IMG/VR virus record: IMGVR_UViG_3300043185_000079
Source: a virus
Reading direction: 5' to 3' (one strand)
DNA length: 64,000 nt
Shown: positions 9,080 through 18,712 of the stretch, piece by piece
Position numbering within the stretch: position 1 is the first letter of the stretch
Layout: each line of letters opens with the position of its first letter
The notes under the pieces: model-generated
What the model saw: the letters and a program-made list of their open reading frames with translations, nothing else
Databases searched by the model: none
Told to the model about the DNA's origin: nothing
Position numbers and translations under genes: made by a program

Positions 9080-10312
9080 ATGCCCGATTTTGCCGACCCG
9101 CTCGTGCGCCGCTACCTGCGAGCCGCCATCGAGCGGACCGCGCTATGGAACATGGACATGTTCGCGCGGCTGAGCGTGTTGGAGGGCGCGGCTGGTCGCA
9201 CGCCCGGTGAGTGGGTCCGCATGGGTGAGCGCGGGTTCGGGAAGGCGAAGGAGCACTTCGGGCCAGGCCTCGCCGCGGCCTGGTCGACCTCGGGGAACAC
9301 AGGGGTGTACGACGCGGCTGTCTCGTCGGCTGAGAAGACGCTCCGTAACGTGCCCGGGTTGGACGGAGCTGATCTCGTCCAGGAGATGATGGTGGGCTCC
9401 AGCAGCCCACGAGCGCCGAGCAATGGCAACGGCAAGACCGAACTCGTGGGTCCTCGAAGGCAACGGATCTTCTACTCCGTCGGCGAGACCGTCAAGAAGA
9501 TGGAGGGCGATGACAGGCTGCGATCGGGGGTCATCGGGCCCTCTCACCGCCACATCATCGCGGACATCCGACGCTGGGTACAGCGCGCGGCTCTGGATGA
9601 AATCGCGAGATGGAAGCGGCAACGCATCGTTCCGTTCAGCCCAGGGGAACCACAAGGACTGGATCCGCTCAGGACTCGAGGCGAGAGGATGACGGATGAG
9701 CAACGAGAGAACCTCGTGCTGCTCGCCCTCCGGAGTCCAGGGGGTCCCGGACGCATCGTGCAGGATGTCGTGGAGGAGTTGGTCGACCGGCGATTCCCAC
9801 CCGCGCAAGCCAAGATCGTACGGGCGTTCTTGGCGAAGATCGGCCAGGAAAAGCTGCGGTCCTCGGCCGAGATGGGGCGCCTGGTCAAGACTTTCGATCC
9901 GAACAAGTGGTGGACGCAGGCGTTCAACGTCGTTCGTCGCGAGATCATGGAAGAGATGGGCGTCTCGGCACAGCAGCTCACCAACGCGCTCGGAGGAGGA
10001 GCGAAACGCGTCTTCGACTTCATGCAGAAGGACGTGGGGCGCGACCCGAGGATCATCAAGATCGTCGAGAACCTCGGAGAGCAGATTGACCTGCTCGAGC
10101 CCGGGCTCGGCAGCAGGGTTGCTCGTTCGCGGGTGCCGGAGTCTCTCCCGGAGCACCAGCGCCCCGTGTCGCCCTTCTCGTCGTTGAGCAATTGGCTGGA
10201 GAAGGATGAGCACATGGAGTGGGGCACGCAGAGCAGTCCGCTCGCGCAGCCCTCTCGGGGCCCCGTCCCCTTGCGCGTGGCGTCTCGGTGGATTGCCGTT
10301 AAGAATCGTTGA
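9080..10312 (+). CDS. divergent sigma-factor-like protein, probably virion-associated
   Basis: ADLVQEMM...RWVQRAALDEIARWKR resembles ECF region 2; REIMEEMGVSAQQL resembles an HTH; ERTA near the N-terminus and LRVASRWI at the C-terminus. Confidence 0.45.
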   Translation: MPDFADPLVRRYLRAAIERTALWNMDMFARLSVLEGAAGRTPGEWVRMGERGFGKAKEHFGPGLAAAWSTSGNTGVYDAAVSSAEKTLRNVPGLDGADLVQEMMVGSSSPRAPSNGNGKTELVGPRRQRIFYSVGETVKKMEGDDRLRSGVIGPSHRHIIADIRRWVQRAALDEIARWKRQRIVPFSPGEPQGLDPLRTRGERMTDEQRENLVLLALRSPGGPGRIVQDVVEELVDRRFPPAQAKIVRAFLAKIGQEKLRSSAEMGRLVKTFDPNKWWTQAFNVVRREIMEEMGVSAQQLTNALGGGAKRVFDFMQKDVGRDPRIIKIVENLGEQIDLLEPGLGSRVARSRVPESLPEHQRPVSPFSSLSNWLEKDEHMEWGTQSSPLAQPSRGPVPLRVASRWIAVKNR

Positions 10313-11463
10313 ACAGGAGGAATGCTGTGCTCCGTCGCATCGTGAAGACTACCATCGATCGTCCGGATCTCCGGCCCGTTCTCGTGCCTCTTGTGAAGGC
10401 AGCGCGATCCGGGGCTCTCGATCTGGCCGATCGTGCGCGCGCAATCCGATTTGCGTACTTTGTCCGCGACCGTGAGCTTCGTTCTGCCGTCGTCCGCCTT
10501 TTGGAATGCGTGTCGCCCTCGCCCGTGTCGCCTGCGCGCCTCGCTTCTCTCGTACGAGAAGCTCTCGCCGCGAAGGGAGTTGAGCGGCGAGTCCGAGTTG
10601 CGGCACTGCAACGCTTCGCCAAGTATGTGCCGGCCTTCCTCAAATGGGTCGAGACACAGTCGTTTCCCAACGCGGAGCTGAATCAAGACCTCAAGTTCTA
10701 CTCGCTGCCTCCCGAAGAACAGAAGAAGGTCTACGAGCGGTGGGGCACGTGGCGCAAACAATGGGCGGAAAAGTCCAAGCCGGAAGGCCTCTCGGACGAG
10801 ACGGTGCTCACCCCCGAGTGCTACGACGAAACGCAAGAGGGGGATCTGCTCTGGATCGCTTGGCGCCCCGACAAGCTGCACAAAGTTGTCGGCCGGGGCA
10901 AAACGAAGGGCGGCAAGTCTTATCTCGATCTGGTTCTGGTCGATCCGAAGGACACTTCCAAGGAGGGAACCCGCAGGTCGTTGTTCCGTTCCTCCGTGGA
11001 AGGGGGGGACGTCGAGATGCACAAGATGCCGAAGGTCGAGCCCGAGGAAATCGGGCTCGAAATCGAGGAAACCGAGCCGGAAACGGAAATCTCGTTTGAG
11101 GATGAGTCCGAGCCGGAAGTGGCCTCCACGGACGAGCCCGAACCGGATCCCGAAACAGCGCCAGACGAGCCCGAACCGCAGGGCAAGCGAAAACCGCGAA
11201 AGGACTCCGCCAAGGCGTCTGTTCCCGACAGCATCATCTCTTTGGCCACGCCAAAGAGCATGGGCCAGGCCATGGCGAAGAGGACGCGTGAGGGACTCAA
11301 AAAGATCACGGTCGGAGACGCCAAGAAACTGATCAAGAACATCGGTGAGGCCCTCGCTGATCTCGGCGGTGAGACAATGAAGAGTCTCCGGGCAGCCGGT
11401 TACACTGATCAGGCTCTCCGGGATCTTCAGTCAGAGCTGCAGCAGCACCTGGAAATCGTCTAG
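10309..11463 (+). CDS. putative virion-internal protein
   Basis: RPDLRPVLVPLV and RVAALQRFA motifs; shares an SLPxEEQxKxYxRW module with the 1678-aa protein; start uncertain. Confidence 0.6.
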   Translation: MNRRNAVLRRIVKTTIDRPDLRPVLVPLVKAARSGALDLADRARAIRFAYFVRDRELRSAVVRLLECVSPSPVSPARLASLVREALAAKGVERRVRVAALQRFAKYVPAFLKWVETQSFPNAELNQDLKFYSLPPEEQKKVYERWGTWRKQWAEKSKPEGLSDETVLTPECYDETQEGDLLWIAWRPDKLHKVVGRGKTKGGKSYLDLVLVDPKDTSKEGTRRSLFRSSVEGGDVEMHKMPKVEPEEIGLEIEETEPETEISFEDESEPEVASTDEPEPDPETAPDEPEPQGKRKPRKDSAKASVPDSIISLATPKSMGQAMAKRTREGLKKITVGDAKKLIKNIGEALADLGGETMKSLRAAGYTDQALRDLQSELQQHLEIV

Positions 11464-11708
11464 CCAGGGAGCACACAACCTCCCTGCGAGCGGTTGTGCT
11501 TGTCTGAAACCTCGGCCGAGGGGCTCCAAAGGTTCCCTGGTGTCGGTTGAAATCTAGTAGATGTCGTGCCGCAGGGAGATTCAAATTCCTTCAGCACATC
11601 GTGCACTCCGAGGACGCGCGACCTCGGAGGCTCGACTACCGAGGTTGCTTCGGGCCATGCGGGGAAGCCTCTCACTGCGCGGACGATTCGTGGCTTGACA
11701 GAGGCCAT
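11460..11708 (-). CDS. possible small hypothetical protein
   Basis: 82 aa; purine-rich (GAGGGAG) upstream; its stop abuts the opposing gene end. Confidence 0.3.
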   Translation of the reverse strand: MASVKPRIVRAVRGFPAWPEATSVVEPPRSRVLGVHDVLKEFESPCGTTSTRFQPTPGNLWSPSAEVSDKHNRSQGGCVLPG

Positions 11709-12190
11709 GGCGCTGCCCTAGTCTCCCTCAGCCGTCTCCCCTCCCTTGATTGGGGGGAGAGCCCCCGTAGGCAGGAGCGACCTGGACGGTCGCTCCTGGG
11801 GGCCGAGCGGAACGCTCGGACGCGTCTCACGCCAGGCATCCAGGTCCTCAGACGAAAGACCTCAGATGGGGACTTCCTGGTATTGACGCGCTCCGGGTGG
11901 GGAAGCTGGGGAAACCCAGGAGGGCTGACGAAGCCTCCGAGACGGCCGGGATCCATCCCGCAAGGTTGCACCGAACGAGCTGACCCTCAGGTCTTACCGG
12001 GTCTTCAGGATGACTCACCCTCGCATCAAGTTCTCCATCCAGGACGATCTCGTCCTGGATCCTCTTGGTCGAGGACGGGACACTCCCACACTCACGTTCG
12101 TTCTCGGGGACGACTCGACGCTACTCCTGGATGCCGGGGTGTTGTTGTTGTCCTACCATCTCTTGATGGATGAGAATTAACAGAACGTGG

Positions 12191-12208
12191 GTGTTCGTTC
12201 ACGAACAC
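12191..12208. repeat. perfect 8-bp inverted repeat GTGTTCGT-TC-ACGAACAC
   Basis: Read directly; lies in a long non-coding stretch. Confidence 0.7.
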
Positions 12209-12327
12209 ACACCGACTTCAGATCCTTGTTCTCCTTCTCCAAGTTCTCTGCCTAGCCCTCATCCACACCCACCCGGTCCTCCACCAGACAGTCCAAACAC
12301 AACACCTACCAGAACCACGACCTAGCA

Positions 12328-12342
12328 CAATGCTTCTTCTAT
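12328..12342 (+). promoter_or_regulatory. candidate late promoter motif variant CAATGCTTCTTCTAT
   Basis: One mismatch to consensus; followed by GGGAGG and ATG 12361. Confidence 0.5.
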
Positions 12343-12360
12343 CCTTCCACGACTGGGAGG

Positions 12361-12768
12361 ATGGGCGACAAGCGTAGAGCACGACAAGGGAGTGTGGGAG
12401 GCAACCTCACTCCTAAGCAAGCTCGAGATGCCCTCGCGATCCCCGTGTACGCTGTCGTGTCGGGGTACGCGACGCCCATTTTCCCGACCACAAATCTGGC
12501 GAGCTGGTCGAGCTTGGTGGGGATCTTCATGAAGCCAGGCGGATCCTGTCGGACCCTCAGAAGAGGGCAGACCGCGTTCTATCCTGTCTGGGTCAACGGC
12601 CGACAGTGGGAGCGTGCGGTCGTCCCTGTTTTGCTTGATCCTCGGTGGAACGCGTCGAATCCACTTTTCCAGTTCGTGGCTTTCTCCTCACCGTCGGAGA
12701 TAATCAGGCTGATCGGGGAAGCTCTCGCGCAGAGCTTTCACGACGCTGGGTATGGTCCCTTGCCATGA
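12361..12768 (+). CDS. hypothetical protein
   Basis: 135 aa; GGGAGG immediately upstream; KRRA near the N-terminus. Confidence 0.55.
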   Translation: MGDKRRARQGSVGGNLTPKQARDALAIPVYAVVSGYATPIFPTTNLASWSSLVGIFMKPGGSCRTLRRGQTAFYPVWVNGRQWERAVVPVLLDPRWNASNPLFQFVAFSSPSEIIRLIGEALAQSFHDAGYGPLP

Positions 12769-12968
12769 GCAATCCACGGCCGCCCTCTTCCCGGCCTCCC
12801 GGAGTCGAGTATCCCGCAGACGAGGTCGTCTGGGTGTCGTGCCGGGCGAGCAAGTCCTGCGAAGGGAAGAAGGCCAAGGTGCTGCTCCGGAAGAACGACG
12901 GGATCAATGGCACCTGGATTCAGTACATCTGCATGACGTGTCGCCGTCCGTTTTCCGTGCGCTTCTAG
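12765..12968 (+). CDS. small Zn-ribbon protein
   Basis: ATGA overlap with the previous gene; CRASKSC...CMTC. Confidence 0.6.
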   Translation: MSNPRPPSSRPPGVEYPADEVVWVSCRASKSCEGKKAKVLLRKNDGINGTWIQYICMTCRRPFSVRF

Positions 12969-12987
12969 CCATTGGGTAGAAGGACAG

Positions 12988-13587
12988 ATGCTCCGCTACC
13001 CCTCGGCGGTTCTCTTGCACGGTCCAGGAGCGCGACTAGAGGCCATCGCGTTAGCCCCGCGGCTCGGACGGGTTTTGCACGAGCCGTTCGGGGATGATGG
13101 CCTCAAGATCGCCGACAGCCGCGAGATCGTGGACCTGCTGAGCGCCTCTCCCGTGGGAGACGGCCCGGGCTCCGTGGTGATCGGTCCGATGGATGCTGCG
13201 AACCGGATGGCCGCCGATGCTCTACTCAAGACGCTGGAGGAGTTCGACGAACGTGTTGTTCGCCCCGTGCTGTGGGCCCGGGATGAAGGGGGCGTGGCCT
13301 CGACGATTCGCTCGCGTTGCATCCGAAGATGGTGCCCCGCGGAGGAGGAACACGAGGACGAGGTTGTCGATCTGGGACGCGCCGTTGTGACGGCCATACA
13401 AGATCGTGATGTGGCCGTGCTGATCGAGACGCTCAAGGAACGTGACCCGGAGCAGGTCATCGTTGGCGTTTCCTTGGCACTGGCGGAGCGTCGCTGCGCA
13501 GGCATGGCCGAAACCTGGCGGGCTCTCCGTGAGGTGTCCATGGTTCGAGATCCAACCTTGACCGAGGTGCTTGCGGCCCTCCTGTGA
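12988..13587 (+). CDS. holB: DNA polymerase III clamp-loader delta' subunit-like (short, degenerate)
   Basis: AADALLKTLEE and TIRSRC (SRC) motifs; no intact Walker A. Confidence 0.75.
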   Translation: MLRYPSAVLLHGPGARLEAIALAPRLGRVLHEPFGDDGLKIADSREIVDLLSASPVGDGPGSVVIGPMDAANRMAADALLKTLEEFDERVVRPVLWARDEGGVASTIRSRCIRRWCPAEEEHEDEVVDLGRAVVTAIQDRDVAVLIETLKERDPEQVIVGVSLALAERRCAGMAETWRALREVSMVRDPTLTEVLAALL

Positions 13588-13594
13588 TGTCCCG

Positions 13595-14599
13595 ATGAGT
13601 CGCTGGTCGAATCCACCCCCCGTTGTCGTACTGTCTGGCACCGACGACTACCTTCGGTCGAGGGAATTGCGAGCGGCGGTGTCGGCCGCCGATGAGGCCG
13701 GTCGTGGCGTGGAGTATCTTCAAGGAGGCAACAACGATGATCTGCGTCGTGTCTTGTCGAGTACGGGCGTTCTTTTCCGGGAGGAGGTTCTCGTTGTTGT
13801 GGACGCCCCAGAGGAGGTGGACGCTGCTCTTGTTCTCGAACACCATGCGACCGAGAACAACACGACGGTGATCGTCCTCCATCACGAGGGAGCGATCAAG
13901 GCGAAGTCGAACCTCGCCCAGATTGCGGACGCGCTCCCATCTCGTTTCGTCGCGCGCTTCGAGAAACCGAAGCCGTGGGAGGAGATCGAGTACGCCGCGA
14001 GGTTCTGCGTGTCGGAGGCGTCGACCAAGGGCGTCAGGCTTTCACTCGATTTGGCCGAACGCGTCGTCCGAACTGTCGGCACTGACCTCGGGATATTGGC
14101 CTTTGAGATCGACAAGGTAGCGCGGCTCATGCGTGCCGAGGGCGGAGATGATGTGACGATGGCGCACATGAAGCGAACGATCGGTGCCTTCTCTGAGATG
14201 GGCCCCAAGCCCATCGTGGAGGCCCTCGAGAGGCGCGACATCAGGGAGGTGGGATCTGCGCTCGCTAGCATGCGGAGAACTCACGCTGGCCAGCTTTCAG
14301 GGGGCACGCTTCGTGCGTGCGCCTTTATCGGGACCGCCGCCCGAAGCTGGCTGCACGTTGCGTCACTGTTGGAAGAGGGACTTTCTCAGGATGAGATCTC
14401 GGATAGGATCAAGTTGGCTCCCTTTGTTGTCCGTAAAACGTCCATTCCGACGGCAAGAAGGTGGGGCAAGGGAGATTTAATCTCCCTTCTGAAGTCCATT
14501 GCCGCAGTCGAGCGCGGCGTAAGGAACGGACATGCGAACTCGTGGGTCGCGTTGGAGTGCGCTCTCTTTCGCTCGCTCAGGACTACGACGAGCGGGTAA
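13595..14599 (+). CDS. holA: DNA polymerase III clamp-loader delta subunit-like
   Basis: VVVLSGTDDYL, GTDLGILAFEIDKV and a C-terminal collar pattern; about 334 aa. Confidence 0.75.
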   Translation: MSRWSNPPPVVVLSGTDDYLRSRELRAAVSAADEAGRGVEYLQGGNNDDLRRVLSSTGVLFREEVLVVVDAPEEVDAALVLEHHATENNTTVIVLHHEGAIKAKSNLAQIADALPSRFVARFEKPKPWEEIEYAARFCVSEASTKGVRLSLDLAERVVRTVGTDLGILAFEIDKVARLMRAEGGDDVTMAHMKRTIGAFSEMGPKPIVEALERRDIREVGSALASMRRTHAGQLSGGTLRACAFIGTAARSWLHVASLLEEGLSQDEISDRIKLAPFVVRKTSIPTARRWGKGDLISLLKSIAAVERGVRNGHANSWVALECALFRSLRTTTSG

Positions 14600-14604
14600 C
14601 ATGG

Positions 14605-14619
14605 CGTTAGGTCGCCTAT
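14605..14619 (+). promoter_or_regulatory. candidate promoter motif variant CGTTAGGTCGCCTAT
   Basis: Consensus except position 7; intergenic before the RNR gene. Confidence 0.4.
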
Positions 14620-14706
14620 ATCCGAGGTCATGTTGCGCGCGCGCGGGACTCTCGTGACCTGCGCGCCGCGTATAAGCTCAACGGACCGCATCGGTCGAGG
14701 TCACGC

Positions 14707-17700
14707 ATGCTCGATTTTCACACCAATCACGTCGCAGTGCCCAAGGATCCAAAGACCGAAGCTGATCTTCATGACGACGGCGCCGCGATGAAAACGATGA
14801 GGCCATCTCCGAAGACATACAGCTACGACGAAGCGTACGTAGCTGCCCGCGAGGCCTTCGGTGGAGACGACTTGGCGGCAAGCACGTGGGTCACGAAGTA
14901 TGCGTTGCGCGACCTCAATGGTCAGATCATCGAGCGATCTCCCGCCGACATGCACCAGAGATTGGCGAGAGCTTTCGCGGCGATCGAGGCACGTTACCCG
15001 AACTCGATGTCGGAGGACGAGATCTTCGCGCTCCTCGCGGACTGGACGGTGGTCCCCCAGGGGTCGCCGATGAGCGGGGTCGGGAATCCGTACAAGTTCC
15101 AGAGCGTCTCAAACTGCTTCGTCGTCCCCTCTCCCGAGGATTCCTACGGAGGCATCCTCCTCGTTGATCAGCTCCAGGCGCAGATCATGAAGAGGCGCGG
15201 GGGTGTCGGCTTCGACGTGTCGACGATCCGCCCGAAGGGCTTGCCCACTGCCAACGCCGCGCACACCACCGACGGTATCGGGATCTTCATGGAGAGATTC
15301 TCCAGGACATGCCGCGAGGTCGCCCAGGGAGGACGGCGTGGCGCCCTGATGCTCACGTGCGACGTGCACCATCCCGAGATCCTCACGTTCATCCGAATCA
15401 AGAACGATCTGACCAGATGCAAGGCGTGTGGCCACGGCGAGCGCATGAAGGTCACCGGAGCGAACGTCAGCGTCCGCCTCACCGACGAGTTCCTCAATGC
15501 AGTCGAGCGTGGCGAGAAGTATCAGCAGCGCTGGCCCGTGGACCGTTCTGATGTTCCTTCCATCGAGAACTGGGTCGACGCCAGGGCGATCTGGGAGGAG
15601 ATCACGCAGAATGCCCGGGACAGCGCCGAGCCCGGCCTGCTGTTCTGGGACAACATTCTGCGCGAGAGCCCAGCGGACTGCTACGCGGACGTCGGCTACC
15701 AGACCACGAGCACGAACCCGTGTTCCGAGATTCCTCTCTCCCCGTGGGACTCGTGCCGGCTGATGGCGATCAATCTCTCCAATTTCGTGTCCGATCCGTT
15801 CACGGACAACGCCGACTTCGATTGGCGCAGGCTGTCTGAAGTCGCCAAGAGGGCGCAGCGGCTGATGGACGATCTCGTTGACATCGAGATCGAGCACGTC
15901 GATCGGATCCTGGCGAAGATCGACAGGGACCACGAATCTGAGGATGTCAAGCGTGTCGAGAGAGATCTCTGGGAGCGTATCCGTGAGACCGGAGTGAACG
16001 GTCGGCGGACCGGGCTCGGCGTGACGGCCGTGGGCGACACCGTCGCCATGATGGGCATGAAATACGGCAGCGACCAGTCGATTGACTTCGTCGAGCGCAT
16101 GTACCGGGCGCTGGCCGTCGCCGCCTACGAGGCGTCGGTGGACATGGCCAGCGAGCGGGGATGTTTCCCGGCCTACGCCTTCCGCAAGGAGGCTGGACAC
16201 CCTTTCATCGAGCGCATCCTGGACGCCGCGCCGCCCGAGCTGAGGGTGAAGTACGAGCGTCATGGCCGACGTAACATCTCGTGTCTCACGACAGCCCCGA
16301 CGGGCAGTGTCAGCATCCTGACCCAGACATCATCTGGGATCGAGCCGGTGTTCCGCGCCATGTACACGCGTCGGAAAAAGATCAACCCCAGCGACGAGGG
16401 AACGCGCGTGGATGATGTCGATGCCCACGGCGACAGATGGCAGCATTTCACCGTGAAGGAACACGGGTTCAAGCGTTGGCAGGACGTCACGGGGAAGACC
16501 GACGAGGACTTCGCAGAGAGTCCGTACGCAGGAGCACAGGCCGAGGAGATCGATTGGCTGCAGCGGGTGAGGCTCCAGGCAGCGGCCGGTCGATGGATCG
16601 ATCACGCCATCAGCTCGTGTCTGGTTGCAGGCGAGAGTTTGGTGTGGACCGACAAAGGACTCCTCGATATCGAGGAGCTGGCCGGACACGCGGAACGGGG
16701 ACAGTTCGCGCCCGTCGACATGCAGGTTTCGTCCATTAACGCCGCCGGGACCCCGGCGCAGATCTCTCAGGGTTTCAACAACGGCCTCGCCAGGGTGTTG
16801 AGGATCTCATTCCCGAACGGGTTTGAGATTTCCTGTACCCCCAACCACAAGCTCGTGGTTCTGGACGAGAATTACACGCAGGTCTGGAAGGAAGCTGCGA
16901 GTCTCCGGCCGGGAGACGTCGTGGTGGGCCGCAAGGGAATCAATCTGTGGAATGATGGCAGCAAGTGCCTGACTCGACTCGTCGGCACGCCCTTCCAGTA
17001 CGAGCACAGGACCAACGCGAAGGATGTCCGCATCCCGAAGGACATGACACCCGCGCTGGCGAGGCTTCTCGGGTACATGTGCAGTGACGGGTTCTGGTCC
17101 GAGAACTCGATTGGCTTGTCGCAGCAGCGCAACGATGCTGCGGAGGACTTCGCAGGTCTCGTGGGCGACCTGTTCGATCTTGAGGTCTCGGAGAAGAAAG
17201 ACGAGCGTGGCGATAACCTTTTCCAGTACGTCGCCAACTCGCGCGAGGCGGCGGCGTTCATGCAGTGGATCGGAATCCGGCATCACGATGATCTCGTCGT
17301 CCCGCTCGCAATCCGCAGGTCGGGGCGCCAGTGCGTCAAGGAGTTCATCCGCGGCTTGACTATCAATGGATTCGTGTCGAGAGACAGCCTCGGCATCACG
17401 ACCTCTATCTGCCTGCCATTCTTGCGACAAGTGCAGCAGCTCCTGCTGAACCTCGGGATCGAGGCCGGCATCGACCAGTGCGCGGAGGAAGACCTGCGGA
17501 TGCTGCCCGACGGTAAGGAGTACCGCTGCAAGGATGCGTGGGTGCTTCGCATCTCCCACTCGGAGGAGGCCGAACGCTTTGTTCGGCTCGTGGGCTCTGT
17601 GGAGGATAGCGAAGACAAGTTCCACCGGGCCTCGCGCCCCAAGTTCCACCGGGCCTCGCGCCCCAAGCTCTGCGGCGAGGTCCCCGATCACGGTCTGCGG

Positions 17701-18678
17701 GAGCGATTCAGGGACCTACACCTGGGGCACGTCCGGTCGAACCGCCTGTACGAGATCTTCCACTCCCTCACCTGTGCCGACAAGCGTGGGCGGTGGCTCA
17801 ACCGAGAATCGCTTCTGGAGATGGCTGACGTGGGGCTCGATGTGCCGCCGATCCTGCTCGATCCAACGTACGTCTTCCGTCCCATCAAGACAATCGAGGA
17901 CGGGGGGATCCGGCAGACCTTCGATGTCGAGGTCCCCGATGGACATGCCTACGTCGCAAACGGGATCATCTCACACAACACGATCAACCTCCCCAAGGAC
18001 GTGTCCACCGAGGTCGTCCGCGACATCTACACGACGGCGTGGAAGATGGGTGTCAAGGGGATCACCGTCTACCGCGACACAGCCAGGGACGGTGTGCTGA
18101 TCGAGAAGAAGTCGGAGTTCGTGCAGCACAGTGCTCCGAAACGCCCCGAGGTACTCCCGTGCGACATCCACCGCACGCGCGTCAAGATTGTCGAGGACCA
18201 GTACGAGGACTGGATCTTCTTCGTCGGACTGTACGACGGGAAGCCCTTCGAGATTTTCGGCGGGACCACGGAGAACATCGAGCTTCCGCGCAAGGTGGAG
18301 AGGGGCTGGATCGTCAAGAGAGCCTTCAAGACGGGCGGGAAGTACGATCTCTGTTACGGCGAATCCGACGATCCCTTCAAGATCAAGGACATCGTTCGGC
18401 AGTTTGACAACCCGGAGCGAGGCTGGGCGACTCGGATGGTCTCCTTGTCGTTGCGGCACGGGGCTCCGATCCAGTACGTCGTGGAGCAGCTCCAGCGCGA
18501 TCGGGCGTCGGATATGTTCGACTTCGCCAGGACGATGGCCAGGGTCCTCAAGCGCTACATCCCCGACGGATCGACTGCGTCGCACAACCTCTGTGCGAGC
18601 TGTGGCGCCGAGGACAGCCTGCGGTACCAGGAAGGTTGTCTTCTCTGCGTCTCGTGTGGATCGAGCAAGTGCGGATAA
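14707..18678 (+). CDS. nrdJ: class II (adenosylcobalamin-dependent) ribonucleotide reductase, intein-containing
   Basis: SNCFV, GGVG, TNPCSE, APTGSVS, SSGIEP and KGITVYRD motifs; C-terminal Zn-binding tail; start may be 14788. Confidence 0.9.
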   Translation: MLDFHTNHVAVPKDPKTEADLHDDGAAMKTMRPSPKTYSYDEAYVAAREAFGGDDLAASTWVTKYALRDLNGQIIERSPADMHQRLARAFAAIEARYPNSMSEDEIFALLADWTVVPQGSPMSGVGNPYKFQSVSNCFVVPSPEDSYGGILLVDQLQAQIMKRRGGVGFDVSTIRPKGLPTANAAHTTDGIGIFMERFSRTCREVAQGGRRGALMLTCDVHHPEILTFIRIKNDLTRCKACGHGERMKVTGANVSVRLTDEFLNAVERGEKYQQRWPVDRSDVPSIENWVDARAIWEEITQNARDSAEPGLLFWDNILRESPADCYADVGYQTTSTNPCSEIPLSPWDSCRLMAINLSNFVSDPFTDNADFDWRRLSEVAKRAQRLMDDLVDIEIEHVDRILAKIDRDHESEDVKRVERDLWERIRETGVNGRRTGLGVTAVGDTVAMMGMKYGSDQSIDFVERMYRALAVAAYEASVDMASERGCFPAYAFRKEAGHPFIERILDAAPPELRVKYERHGRRNISCLTTAPTGSVSILTQTSSGIEPVFRAMYTRRKKINPSDEGTRVDDVDAHGDRWQHFTVKEHGFKRWQDVTGKTDEDFAESPYAGAQAEEIDWLQRVRLQAAAGRWIDHAISSCLVAGESLVWTDKGLLDIEELAGHAERGQFAPVDMQVSSINAAGTPAQISQGFNNGLARVLRISFPNGFEISCTPNHKLVVLDENYTQVWKEAASLRPGDVVVGRKGINLWNDGSKCLTRLVGTPFQYEHRTNAKDVRIPKDMTPALARLLGYMCSDGFWSENSIGLSQQRNDAAEDFAGLVGDLFDLEVSEKKDERGDNLFQYVANSREAAAFMQWIGIRHHDDLVVPLAIRRSGRQCVKEFIRGLTINGFVSRDSLGITTSICLPFLRQVQQLLLNLGIEAGIDQCAEEDLRMLPDGKEYRCKDAWVLRISHSEEAERFVRLVGSVEDSEDKFHRASRPKFHRASRPKLCGEVPDHGLRERFRDLHLGHVRSNRLYEIFHSLTCADKRGRWLNRESLLEMADVGLDVPPILLDPTYVFRPIKTIEDGGIRQTFDVEVPDGHAYVANGIISHNTINLPKDVSTEVVRDIYTTAWKMGVKGITVYRDTARDGVLIEKKSEFVQHSAPKRPEVLPCDIHRTRVKIVEDQYEDWIFFVGLYDGKPFEIFGGTTENIELPRKVERGWIVKRAFKTGGKYDLCYGESDDPFKIKDIVRQFDNPERGWATRMVSLSLRHGAPIQYVVEQLQRDRASDMFDFARTMARVLKRYIPDGSTASHNLCASCGAEDSLRYQEGCLLCVSCGSSKCG
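16618..17979 (+). mobile_element. intein (454 aa) with LAGLIDADG-type homing endonuclease in RNR
   Basis: HAISS|CLVAGES...TPNHK...LLGYMCSDG...NGIISHN|TINLP; removal restores AISSTINLP. Confidence 0.92.
17617..17664 (+). repeat. 24-bp perfect tandem duplication (KFHRASRP x2) inside the intein
   Basis: AAGTTCCACCGGGCCTCGCGCCCC occurs twice. Confidence 0.95.
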
Positions 18679-18712
18679 CTCCTCCCATTCTCGCGGGGGG
18701 TAGACTCTACAA

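Noticed and set aside
9143-11022. Long antisense ORFs (here and opposite RNR, SSB, sbcC, dnaN and others)
   Set aside because: Typical high-GC shadow frames opposite better-supported genes.
11547-12173. 208-aa plus-strand ORF
   Set aside because: Arg/Pro/Ser-rich, no motif, weak start; likely spurious.
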